Source: Macrostomum hystrix | Lineage: Eukaryota > Animalia > Platyhelminthes | DNA length: 64,000 bases | Assembly (NCBI GenBank): GCA_950097015.1 | Contig: CATNEN010000014.1 | Location: 1-64,000, forward strand | Direction: 5' to 3' | Part shown: positions 1 through 11,576 of the stretch, in pieces | Numbering within the stretch: position 1 is the first letter of the stretch | Layout: every line of letters starts with the position of its first letter | Translations under genes and position numbers: made by a program | The notes under the pieces: generated by a model | Database searches by the model: none | Seen by the model: only the letters and a program-made list of their open reading frames with translations | Told to the model about the DNA's origin: nothing

Positions 1-1607
1 TTAAATTGGGATAAATTTTATAAAATAGAGAAAAAAATTCACTCGACAACCAGTAGAAGTAGATGGACCGGAAGCAGTGTTTCTTAAAAAATGTTTAAGG
101 GGCCTGTTTCTCGTTAAAAAGACACTACGCACTATTAATTAAAATTAAACACAGAAAATTCTATTTTTTGCGGTGAGAACCGGCCTCCGAAAACATTTTT
201 CTAAGAAACATGGTTTCCGATCTTTCTACACTCAGGCTGTGTACAACTGTTCGGTCCATGGACTGGGAAGGTGACTAGTGTTTTACTTATTGAAAACTTA
301 TTTAATATGGCTTCAAAATGAAAAGTCTGTGTGCCAACTGATTTCTAATTATCAAATGATTTCACATTCGCATGCCCAATATTTATCCCGCATTGGTGCT
401 TCATCACTATATAAATATCATTTGCTTTCTCCAATTTTGAGGAGAATTTTCACACTCTCCGTGTTGTTGCCATGTCGATTTCATTTCAATATCCGAATAA
501 ATTCAATCCTTCCTAGGAAGGAAGGAAATGGGTTTTTAGTTTCTGTTTTACGCGGGTATTAGCCACTGCATGGCTTCTTTCTTCGCACCAATACCCTCTC
601 AGCCATCGCTTGATTGGGCTAGATTTTTGGAAGGCTCAATTTTTTCCTCGTCAGAAAGCGATTATGATGAAGCAACAATATTCTGCCATTATATTCCATC
701 TGCAGTGCAGCCATGCGGTAATTATCTCGCAAGAATTAAGAATATAATATACTAGCTTAATAATAGAAATCGTACACCTAGCTATAGCCCCACTGGGCCA
801 GATGTGACGCAGTCACAGCTTCCTGCTGTGTACAGCTTGCTGTACAGTCCATGGTTTGGGCAGGCCGTTACAAACACCTTAATTTCTACCCCTAAGCTGA
901 TGCTAAAACCTATTTTAGAGCCTTGTGGAAGTTTAAGGAACTTTGGTCTCAGGGAAGGACCTGAGCTGAGTTGTTATTGAAAAAATTGACTGCAATTTGA
1001 GAAGAACTCGTGAAGGTCGTCGCTGCAACTGAGACCGCCAGCTGCGAATAGGCAATCCAATAATACACTTGTGTCGAAGGGTGCACCGGCTGCTGGCAAT
1101 TGTCGATTGAGTAAATATGCTTAGAAACGAGGCGGCAGCTATGCTCTATTTGTGTATGCATAAGATGCGGCCATGCTGCAGACTCCATGGCTATATAGTC
1201 AGTGCATGCTGCTATGGTTGGCAAATACTTTCCAAAACTGGTTCTGGCCAGTCTTGCATAGCTGAATCCTGGACGCATTGCTGCTTTCCCTGCTTTCTGC
1301 AGTTTCTCTGCTAGCCAGATGCAGACAGCAGCATTCACCAATCCCCGAGCAAGTCTTTCTCACCTAGCAGATCCGTTTCAAAAAATGGATGTGTTTAGCT
1401 TGGCTCTGATTGGCTGGCTCAGTTTTAAGTGGACTGCCTACAAATGGCAGCAAAAAATAATAAATTGACCTTAATGCAGGGACAAATGCGATTGTGCGAC
1501 TAGCAGCAATTCAACCTGATAGCGAGGCGACTTTCAAGCTGTATTGCAACGCAAGCACAATGAGTAAGTCAGGTTTCCAAATTAAATTTAAAATAACGAT
1601 TTTGTTT

Positions 1608-1870
1608 GGGGCTGGGGGCAGAGCGGGTTGACGTGTTTACCTCTCGCATCGAAGTCCCTGAGCTCGATTCCGCGGCAAGGCTACTTAATTTGGGGCGCAG
1701 CCGGGAAGAGGCTTTGGGGGCTTGTCGCGTGCAATTGACGCCCTTGAGGCCCAACCTTCTGCACTGTCTGACAATGAGAAAGTCAGGGCAGATGTACACA
1801 CCTGTGTGAGTGTGTGCCTGCGTACAGTATCTGTGTGCGTGCGTGTGTGCTCAGGAGTCAGCGGAATAGG
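1608..1870 (+). mobile_element. tRNA-derived SINE (family A), 3'-truncated at the telomeric array
   Basis: A-box-like GGGGCAGAGCGG and B-box-like GCTCGATTCC. The body matches the reverse complement of 37920-38221 and also 44888-45160 and 56401-56495. It stops where the other copy continues. Confidence 0.8.
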
Positions 1871-1871
1871 C

Positions 1872-2143
1872 CCCTAACCCTAACCCTAACCCTAACCCTA
1901 ACCCTAACCCTAACCCTAACCCTAACCCTAACCCTAACCCTAACCCTAACCCTAACCCTAACCCTAACCCTAACCCTAACCCTAACCCTAACCCTAACCC
2001 TAACCCTAACCCTAACCCTAACCCTAACCCTAACCCTAACCCTAACCCTAACCCTAACCCTAACCCTAACCCTAACCCTAACCCTAACCCTAACCCTAAC
2101 CCTAACCCTAACCCTAACCCTAACCCTAACCCTAACCCTAACC

Positions 2144-2184
<41 letters not shown>

Positions 2185-5100
2185 CCCTAACCCTAACCCT
2201 AACCCTAACCCTAACCCTAACCCTAACCCTAACCCTAACCCTAACCCTAACCCTAACCCTAACCCTAACCCTAACCCTAACCCTAACCCTAACCCTAACC
2301 CTAACCCTAACCCTAACCCTAACCCTAACCCTAACCCTAACCCTAACCCTAACCCTAACCCTAACCCTAACCCTAACCCTAACCCTAACCCTAACCCTAA
2401 CCCTAACCCTAACCCTAACCCTAACCCTAACCCTAACCCTAACCCTAACCCTAACCCTAACCCTAACCCTAACCCTAACCCTAACCCTAACCCTAACCCT
2501 AACCCTAACCCTAACCCTAACCCTAACCCTAACCCTAACCCTAACCCTAACCCTAACCCTAACCCTAACCCTAACCCTAACCCTAACCCTAACCCTAACC
2601 CTAACCCTAACCCTAACCCTAACCCTAACCCTAACCCTAACCCTAACCCTAACCCTAACCCTAACCCTAACCCTAACCCTAACCCTAACCCTAACCCTAA
2701 CCCTAACCCTAACCCTAACCCTAACCCTAACCCTAACCCTAACCCTAACCCTAACCCTAACCCTAACCCTAACCCTAACCCTAACCCTAACCCTAACCCT
2801 AACCCTAACCCTAACCCTAACCCTAACCCTAACCCTAACCCTAACCCTAACCCTAACCCTAACCCTAACCCTAACCCTAACCCTAACCCTAACCCTAACC
2901 CTAACCCTAACCCTAACCCTAACCCTAACCCTAACCCTAACCCTAACCCTAACCCTAACCCTAACCCTAACCCTAACCCTAACCCTAACCCTAACCCTAA
3001 CCCTAACCCTAACCCTAACCCTAACCCTAACCCTAACCCTAACCCTAACCCTAACCCTAACCCTAACCCTAACCCTAACCCTAACCCTAACCCTAACCCT
3101 AACCCTAACCCTAACCCTAACCCTAACCCTAACCCTAACCCTAACCCTAACCCTAACCCTAACCCTAACCCTAACCCTAACCCTAACCCTAACCCTAACC
3201 CTAACCCTAACCCTAACCCTAACCCTAACCCTAACCCTAACCCTAACCCTAACCCTAACCCTAACCCTAACCCTAACCCTAACCCTAACCCTAACCCTAA
3301 CCCTAACCCTAACCCTAACCCTAACCCTAACCCTAACCCTAACCCTAACCCTAACCCTAACCCTAACCCTAACCCTAACCCTAACCCTAACCCTAACCCT
3401 AACCCTAACCCTAACCCTAACCCTAACCCTAACCCTAACCCTAACCCTAACCCTAACCCTAACCCTAACCCTAACCCTAACCCTAACCCTAACCCTAACC
3501 CTAACCCTAACCCTAACCCTAACCCTAACCCTAACCCTAACCCTAACCCTAACCCTAACCCTAACCCTAACCCTAACCCTAACCCTAACCCTAACCCTAA
3601 CCCTAACCCTAACCCTAACCCTAACCCTAACCCTAACCCTAACCCTAACCCTAACCCTAACCCTAACCCTAACCCTAACCCTAACCCTAACCCTAACCCT
3701 AACCCTAACCCTAACCCTAACCCTAACCCTAACCCTAACCCTAACCCTAACCCTAACCCTAACCCTAACCCTAACCCTAACCCTAACCCTAACCCTAACC
3801 CTAACCCTAACCCTAACCCTAACCCTAACCCTAACCCTAACCCTAACCCTAACCCTAACCCTAACCCTAACCCTAACCCTAACCCTAACCCTAACCCTAA
3901 CCCTAACCCTAACCCTAACCCTAACCCTAACCCTAACCCTAACCCTAACCCTAACCCTAACCCTAACCCTAACCCTAACCCTAACCCTAACCCTAACCCT
4001 AACCCTAACCCTAACCCTAACCCTAACCCTAACCCTAACCCTAACCCTAACCCTAACCCTAACCCTAACCCTAACCCTAACCCTAACCCTAACCCTAACC
4101 CTAACCCTAACCCTAACCCTAACCCTAACCCTAACCCTAACCCTAACCCTAACCCTAACCCTAACCCTAACCCTAACCCTAACCCTAACCCTAACCCTAA
4201 CCCTAACCCTAACCCTAACCCTAACCCTAACCCTAACCCTAACCCTAACCCTAACCCTAACCCTAACCCTAACCCTAACCCTAACCCTAACCCTAACCCT
4301 AACCCTAACCCTAACCCTAACCCTAACCCTAACCCTAACCCTAACCCTAACCCTAACCCTAACCCTAACCCTAACCCTAACCCTAACCCTAACCCTAACC
4401 CTAACCCTAACCCTAACCCTAACCCTAACCCTAACCCTAACCCTAACCCTAACCCTAACCCTAACCCTAACCCTAACCCTAACCCTAACCCTAACCCTAA
4501 CCCTAACCCTAACCCTAACCCTAACCCTAACCCTAACCCTAACCCTAACCCTAACCCTAACCCTAACCCTAACCCTAACCCTAACCCTAACCCTAACCCT
4601 AACCCTAACCCTAACCCTAACCCTAACCCTAACCCTAACCCTAACCCTAACCCTAACCCTAACCCTAACCCTAACCCTAACCCTAACCCTAACCCTAACC
4701 CTAACCCTAACCCTAACCCTAACCCTAACCCTAACCCTAACCCTAACCCTAACCCTAACCCTAACCCTAACCCTAACCCTAACCCTAACCCTAACCCTAA
4801 CCCTAACCCTAACCCTAACCCTAACCCTAACCCTAACCCTAACCCTAACCCTAACCCTAACCCTAACCCTAACCCTAACCCTAACCCTAACCCTAACCCT
4901 AACCCTAACCCTAACCCTAACCCTAACCCTAACCCTAACCCTAACCCTAACCCTAACCCTAACCCTAACCCTAACCCTAACCCTAACCCTAACCCTAACC
5001 CTAACCCTAACCCTAACCCTAACCCTAACCCTAACCCTAACCCTAACCCTAACCCTAACCCTAACCCTAACCCTAACCCTAACCCTAACCCTAACCCTAA

Positions 5101-6874
5101 CCCTAACCCTAACCCTAACCCTAACCCTAACCCTAACCCTAACCCTAACCCTAACCCTAACCCTAACCCTAACCCTAACCCTAACCCTAACCCTAACCCT
5201 AACCCTAACCCTAACCCTAACCCTAACCCTAACCCTAACCCTAACCCTAACCCTAACCCTAACCCTAACCCTAACCCTAACCCTAACCCTAACCCTAACC
5301 CTAACCCTAACCCTAACCCTAACCCTAACCCTAACCCTAACCCTAACCCTAACCCTAACCCTAACCCTAACCCTAACCCTAACCCTAACCCTAACCCTAA
5401 CCCTAACCCTAACCCTAACCCTAACCCTAACCCTAACCCTAACCCTAACCCTAACCCTAACCCTAACCCTAACCCTAACCCTAACCCTAACCCTAACCCT
5501 AACCCTAACCCTAACCCTAACCCTAACCCTAACCCTAACCCTAACCCTAACCCTAACCCTAACCCTAACCCTAACCCTAACCCTAACCCTAACCCTAACC
5601 CTAACCCTAACCCTAACCCTAACCCTAACCCTAACCCTAACCCTAACCCTAACCCTAACCCTAACCCTAACCCTAACCCTAACCCTAACCCTAACCCTAA
5701 CCCTAACCCTAACCCTAACCCTAACCCTAACCCTAACCCTAACCCTAACCCTAACCCTAACCCTAACCCTAACCCTAACCCTAACCCTAACCCTAACCCT
5801 AACCCTAACCCTAACCCTAACCCTAACCCTAACCCTAACCCTAACCCTAACCCTAACCCTAACCCTAACCCTAACCCTAACCCTAACCCTAACCCTAACC
5901 CTAACCCTAACCCTAACCCTAACCCTAACCCTAACCCTAACCCTAACCCTAACCCTAACCCTAACCCTAACCCTAACCCTAACCCTAACCCTAACCCTAA
6001 CCCTAACCCTAACCCTAACCCTAACCCTAACCCTAACCCTAACCCTAACCCTAACCCTAACCCTAACCCTAACCCTAACCCTAACCCTAACCCTAACCCT
6101 AACCCTAACCCTAACCCTAACCCTAACCCTAACCCTAACCCTAACCCTAACCCTAACCCTAACCCTAACCCTAACCCTAACCCTAACCCTAACCCTAACC
6201 CTAACCCTAACCCTAACCCTAACCCTAACCCTAACCCTAACCCTAACCCTAACCCTAACCCTAACCCTAACCCTAACCCTAACCCTAACCCTAACCCTAA
6301 CCCTAACCCTAACCCTAACCCTAACCCTAACCCTAACCCTAACCCTAACCCTAACCCTAACCCTAACCCTAACCCTAACCCTAACCCTAACCCTAACCCT
6401 AACCCTAACCCTAACCCTAACCCTAACCCTAACCCTAACCCTAACCCTAACCCTAACCCTAACCCTAACCCTAACCCTAACCCTAACCCTAACCCTAACC
6501 CTAACCCTAACCCTAACCCTAACCCTAACCCTAACCCTAACCCTAACCCTAACCCTAACCCTAACCCTAACCCTAACCCTAACCCTAACCCTAACCCTAA
6601 CCCTAACCCTAACCCTAACCCTAACCCTAACCCTAACCCTAACCCTAACCCTAACCCTAACCCTAACCCTAACCCTAACCCTAACCCTAACCCTAACCCT
6701 AACCCTAACCCTAACCCTAACCCTAACCCTAACCCTAACCCTAACCCTAACCCTAACCCTAACCCTAACCCTAACCCTAACCCTAACCCTAACCCTAACC
6801 CTAACCCTAACCCTAACCCTAACCCTAACCCTAACCCTAACCCTAACCCTAACCCTAACCCTAACCCTAACCCT
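1872..6874. repeat. Telomeric repeat array (CCCTAA)n, about 833 units, internal to the window
   Basis: 49 perfect units (1872-2165), one extra A at 2166, 784 perfect units (2167-6870), then CCCT. Confidence 0.99.
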
Positions 6875-6987
6875 CTCTTCCTTTCTCTCCCTTCCTCGCC
6901 ACTAGAGGGGGCCGCAACCTCCAGGGCCTGATCGCCCCGACTAAACTCCGTACTCCACTCCCCTCTATCCCGGAATACGACCCTGTC

Positions 6988-7195
6988 GCTAACCCTAACC
7001 CTGACCCTACCTAACCCTAACCCTATTTAACCCTAACCCTAAATAACCCTAACCCTAAATAACCCTAACCCTATATTACCCTAACCCTAGCCAACCCTAA
7101 CCCTAAATAACCCTAACCCTAGCTAACCCTAACCCTAAATAACCCTAACCCTAAATAACCCTAACCCTAACTAACCCTAATCCCTATTTAAACCT
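6988..7195. repeat. Degenerate telomere-derived minisatellite (about 16-bp unit CCCTAACCCTAnnTAA)
   Basis: CCCTAA alternates with CCCTAAATAA, CCCTAGCTAA or CCCTATTTAA. Confidence 0.85.
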
Positions 7196-7739
7196 CTTTA
7201 GATCCCTTTGTTTCACCTATAGACAATTTTCCCATATTACCACGATACTACTCTTCTATATGACTGCTCTCCCACCCTTGTAAAGTCCTTAATCTCTATG
7301 CTACGAGTTTTAACGTGTTTTACGGTGTTTTAAAGCTAACCCTAACCCCTAGCCTATGTCTAACTCTAGCCTTCTGCATTTTTATCCTCTATTTCTTCTC
7401 TTATTCTCCTATCTTTAATCTGCTTCATTGTTTTATTCTTTACCTACTTTTCTACCCCCCGATATGTAGTGAAATTTGTATTTTTTAATTTTTAATTCTT
7501 ACTTTCTACCCACAATGTATTACTCGTATTTCATTAGTAGTATTCATAGCGCTAATTGATATTTTACACTTTTAAAATTTAGTCAACACGTATTTTTTAG
7601 GTATTTTCTAGGTTATTATTATTGCACCCGAGTGAGCCCATTTTTCTTATATGTAAACCAATGCAACTCTTTTTTAACCCACTTTTTCACTGCCAATATC
7701 TACAATATTTACAATATTTACAATATTTACAATACATTC

Positions 7740-7779
7740 GCTCCTGAAGAAGGCTGAAGACAGCCGAAACGCGTCGAGC
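7740..7779 (+). ncRNA. Minimal type I hammerhead ribozyme (Penelope-like-element type)
   Basis: GCTC-CTGAAGA-A-GGCTG(AAGA)CAGCC-GAAA-C-GC-G-TC/GAGC. Core CUGANGA at 7744-7750, 5-bp stem II, GAAA at 7766-7769, palindromic stem III ACGCGT, GUC cleavage after 7775, 4-bp stem I GCTC/GAGC. Confidence 0.8.
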
Positions 7780-7860
7780 ATACCCTATTTATTTTGTTCC
7801 CCGTCTTGCTTAATTATTTCTCGTCTGTTGATTGGCTGCCGGCCTCGGAACCCTCCTAGT

Positions 7861-7897
7861 CCTAACCCTAACCCTAACCCTAACCCTAACCCTAACC

Positions 7898-7938
<41 letters not shown>

Positions 7939-7984
7939 CCCTAACCCTAACCCTAACCCTAACCCTAACCCTAACCCTAACCCT
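7861..7984. repeat. Short telomeric tract, about 20 CCCTAA units
   Basis: Perfect units with one extra A at 7920, ending in CCCT. Confidence 0.97.
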
Positions 7985-8065
7985 TTTTTCAAGAAATTAA
8001 GAAATGCAAGAAATTAGGGATTTTGAAGTAGGGATTTAGAATCAGGGAAGCCGTGTTCGGGAAGC

Positions 8066-8470
8066 TCACTCGGAATCAGACATGCTGTCGTAGCCTGATT
8101 CCGAGCCTAGCTGCTGCCACCACCCTGCGGGCTCTGGTAGCTCGATGCCCTGAGCTGCCAGCAAGTCCCGAACGCGCTGCTGCGTGGGCGGGCCCTGAAC
8201 TACATAATAGGCCCCTTCTTGCATCTCAACGATGCTAATGCCGGGTGTGGCTTGGATTGCCGCGTGCCGGTTATGGTAATCGGCGATCAGCTGCATGGCC
8301 TCATCGATCCCGGCCGTTGGGAGCGCCTGATAGGCCAGCCACATCAGTTCGCAGACGCCGCCGCAACCGTCTACGATGGCGGCTATACCGTCATGTATAG
8401 CCATGCGGACGGCGCTGGCGTGTCCATCATACTCGGCCATCGGAAATTGGGTCTTCCTTCTCGCAGACAT
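8066..8470 (-). CDS. Hypothetical 134-aa protein of unknown family
   Basis: GC-rich island in AT-rich flanks, ATG start, natural-looking composition and an acidic C-terminus. No motif recognised. Confidence 0.4.
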   Translation of the reverse strand: MSARRKTQFPMAEYDGHASAVRMAIHDGIAAIVDGCGGVCELMWLAYQALPTAGIDEAMQLIADYHNRHAAIQATPGISIVEMQEGAYYVVQGPPTQQRVRDLLAAQGIELPEPAGWWQQLGSESGYDSMSDSE

Positions 8471-9494
8471 GGTTTGCTGAAAAAAAAATTAATTATGAAT
8501 TTAGGCCTGTGCAAAGCACGTAATAAAGCATGCTATCTGTTTTCCTTAAACAAAGCAACCAGGGGTAATATATCATAATCTGCTCTATGACTCTACTAAT
8601 TAGTAGTATAAAATGGAAAATTTGATTTTCTGGCTTGGTAGTATTCAAATTAGAATACATCCTAATTTAGCCCTAAAACTTTTACTTTAAAAAATCTAAC
8701 GAATATGAAGAGTTGTTCCTTAACAAAGAGCTATTTGCTAAGCCCTTAAAGCATCTTTTACTTAAAAAAACGCAATGACATTATGAGATAAAAAACTGAA
8801 CAAATATTACAGCGCAGTGGCGCTTTATTGTTTAGTAGGCGCATCAATCAACGCATAAATGATATTTTAGCCTTGCATTGAAGTATTCACATGCAGCACA
8901 AACTATTTGGCAAAGAAGTTTGGAACTGTAGCACAAAGAAATGCTGTCGAACGCATAAATGCTTCATTTATTAAATTTGATAAGCAAAATGGACGCCTGA
9001 AAAAGAAGTTGAGAACTGCAAAACTCAGACGCCAAAAGTAAATACTCGTAAATCTACACTTAACTGATGCATTTAGAGTACCTGAACATGATGTAATAAA
9101 GATTTGCGCAAATGTTCACCCCTGCTGCTTGTAATACCAGTAGAAACGTGCCGTTCGGAAGTCAAATCCCTCGTTCGGTTTGAAGATCCCACAGAATCTT
9201 CGTTCGGATCGAGCACTAAAATATATTTTTTTTCGAGTTGTATTTGCTTGAAAATATGGGTTTTATGTTTTTCTGAAAGAAAAAATTGTTTTACACAACT
9301 TTTAAAAAGTTTGAATTTTACAGCTAGTAAGATAAAAAAGTTATTGCTAGTTAAGTTTTCAAAAGCACAACATTCTTGTTCGGTTGATGATGCTTTACCC
9401 TAGCTTGATTTAACATAATTATATATTTTACATTGCATTATATAATTTTTGCATTTTATATATTAGGCACTAGTGCAACTAGAAGAGGGGATAG

Positions 9495-9791
9495 CTGAGA
9501 GAATTCAATCCCCGAAAAAACTTCCCCTCTGCAACGGACCGCGAAATTACTGACTGCGTAGCAAAGACTCTGCATAATTCTCGTGACCGCGGTTCTGATT
9601 CCAGACGAATTCTGTCCTATCATCAAAGGGCAGGATATTATGCTGGCACTGCTTCCGTTGCTGCAACGCCTTCCGAGGCGGATCATTCTGGTCCTTCTGC
9701 AAAGCGCCGCAGGGCACGTTCGGCTGCAGGTGGTCAACACAAACAAGGCAGACGTGTGGCGATTGTTAGCGATAGCGACAGTGAAAACTAA
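9495..9791 (+). CDS. Probable terminal exon of a transposon-associated DUF4806-like gene
   Basis: 99-codon stop-free frame after an AG (LREFNPRKNFPSATDREITDCVAKTLHNSRDRG...SDSEN*). It resembles by eye the C-terminal helix motif of DUF4806-type proteins. Confidence 0.35.
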   Translation: MREFNPRKNFPSATDREITDCVAKTLHNSRDRGSDSRRILSYHQRAGYYAGTASVAATPSEADHSGPSAKRRRARSAAGGQHKQGRRVAIVSDSDSEN

Positions 9792-9899
9792 TATACCGAC
9801 GATGAAGTCCATACACTCTGCTTTTGCAACTTTTTCAAAAACGTTATCACTGTGAAGGGGAATTTTTTATATTTAATTTTTTCATACAAATGTGAGTCA

Positions 9900-10075
9900 T
9901 TTTGTCAAACCGGATAAATTGTGTTTAAATTCTGGGTAATTTTGGTCGAATCTGGGGTAATGTTGGTCAAACCTGATTTATTTTGTTCAGATTCGGGGGT
10001 AATGTTGGTCAAACCAGATTTATTTTGTTCAAATACGGGGTAATTTTGATCAAATGCGGTTTGTTTTGGTCAAAC
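9900..10075. repeat. Degenerate ~20-bp minisatellite (TTTGGTCAAA / GGGTAAT motifs)
   Basis: Recurrent ttggtcaaac, ggggtaat and ttttgttca blocks. Confidence 0.6.
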
Positions 10076-10299
10076 TAAAGTTTAATTCAATTCCATCAAT
10101 GAAAATATACTCGTAAAATTTAATCGGTCGTATTTATTTAAAGACACTTCGGAAAAGGAAAAATATAAATGCAATGAAGTCTCGAAATGTGCAGCTTTGA
10201 CTTTGACTGCTTCATTTGACTGCTGATTAGAAATCATTCTCTAACTTCTAATTTCTAAAATCTTCCGCTGATACAGAGTACAAATATATTGCAAAAATC

Positions 10300-10479
10300 T
10301 GCTAGGGGTTAGCCCCTATAAGCTACATTTTACTAGGGTCTTAGAAGGGGATTACCCTTAACCAACCCCTAGTTGCCCCTAGGGGTCCCCTGCCGAACCT
10401 GCTCTCATTCCCCTAGTCATCCCCTATCGTTCCCCGAGGTGTAACCCCGAGGGGTCCCCTAGTGTTTTTGCCAGTGGGG
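10300..10479. mobile_element. Probable DNA-transposon right terminus (CACTA/EnSpm-like)
   Basis: Ends in ...TTTTTGCCAGTGGG (reverse complement CCCACTGGCAAAAA), preceded by many CCCCTAG/CTAGGGG-type subterminal motifs in both orientations. Confidence 0.4.
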
Positions 10480-10521
10480 AGAACCCAGCAATAATAAGTA
10501 CCATTGAGAATATGTACTCAT

Positions 10522-11576
10522 AACCTTATAGAGAGAATTAATTTTAGAATCTGCAAGTCGATTCTGCAAGTTAGTCCAAACACTGACAGCAATGGTGCTC
10601 GGTCCGAATTAGGAAGACTACCACTATTATATAGTATTCAAAAAAGAAGCCTTCAATACTGGTCCTCAGTTCGGAGCCGACCAGACTCCATCATCGCGAA
10701 ATTGGTGGCAGACACAGAATACAGCGATGTTGGAATTGGGGAAAAATGAATAGTGAAGTAATGCGGAATTGTCAACAGACTAGAAAAACAAAGTCCATCA
10801 AATCGCTCAGAGAGAATTTTGAGTCAGAGTTTCGAAGGCACTGGACTCAGAGGATGGGAAAATCCGCCAAGCTCAGCCACTTCTATTACACGTTTAAGAA
10901 AGATTTCTCCCGAGAAAAGTACCTAACAATAATCTCTAACCCAGAAAAAAGGCGCACAATGTCCCGATTTCGTCTAGGAAACCACAAACTGGCCTGTGAG
11001 ACATTGCGCACTGTAAGACCGAAAATCGCCTATGAAAACAGAACATGCCCAAAATGTAGAGTCGAGGTAGAGAACGAAACTCATATTCTCTTTAGATGCG
11101 ATTGGTCTGTTTATGTTCCAATTAGAAATAAATTTATAGAGAAAGTAGCAGGTACTGTTCGAAATTTCGAAAGCCTAACAGCTGATGACAAAATTGTGTA
11201 TTTAATGACACAGGAAAGCATAGAATTAACAGAAAGTTTTGTGGACTTCATAGAAAGCATAATTAAAGCTAGATAAAAAGCCACTGCCCTGAGGCCCATA
11301 GTTAGAATGCGAAAACACAATAGCTATTCTCATTTCGGTCAGTTTTAATTTTTCCTTTAAATTTCAATATTTCATTTCTTGTTTTAATGCCTTTGTTTAT
11401 TTCAAAAATTTGTTTTTTTTCAAATATTTTATTAACCTAAAATTATTACGCATGCTACTGTTTTCCTATCGCCTTCTCTTAAAAAAATCGATTTGTTTAA
11501 CCTCAAACATAAAATAAACAAAAAAATCAGCACCCAATCGGCGTGCGCACCTCAATAATAATAATAATAATAATAA
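10522..11576 (+). mobile_element. 3' fragment of an L2/CR1-like LINE (ORF2 C-terminus, 3' UTR, (AAT)n tail)
   Basis: CPKC...ETHILFRC zinc-finger-like C-terminus, a 1-bp frameshift near 10746, and an (AAT)n tail at about 11555-11576. Confidence 0.85.

Larger units (their letters stand above)
6875..7860 (+). mobile_element. Candidate 3' end (pLTR-like) of a telomere-attached Penelope-like retroelement
   Basis: Bracketed by two (CCCTAA)n tracts, strongly C/T-rich on +, and contains a PLE-type hammerhead on the C-rich strand. No RT is visible, so the call rests on architecture only. Confidence 0.45.

Noticed and set aside
949-1341. 130-aa ORF left of the telomere array, and similar short ORFs at 35018-35509
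   Set aside because: No recognisable motif, no splice support, and lengths compatible with chance or decayed repeats.
1814-6931. 1705-aa ORF (LT/NP repeats) and the short ORFs at 7810-8017
   Set aside because: Translation artefacts of (CCCTAA)n, which has no stop in two frames.
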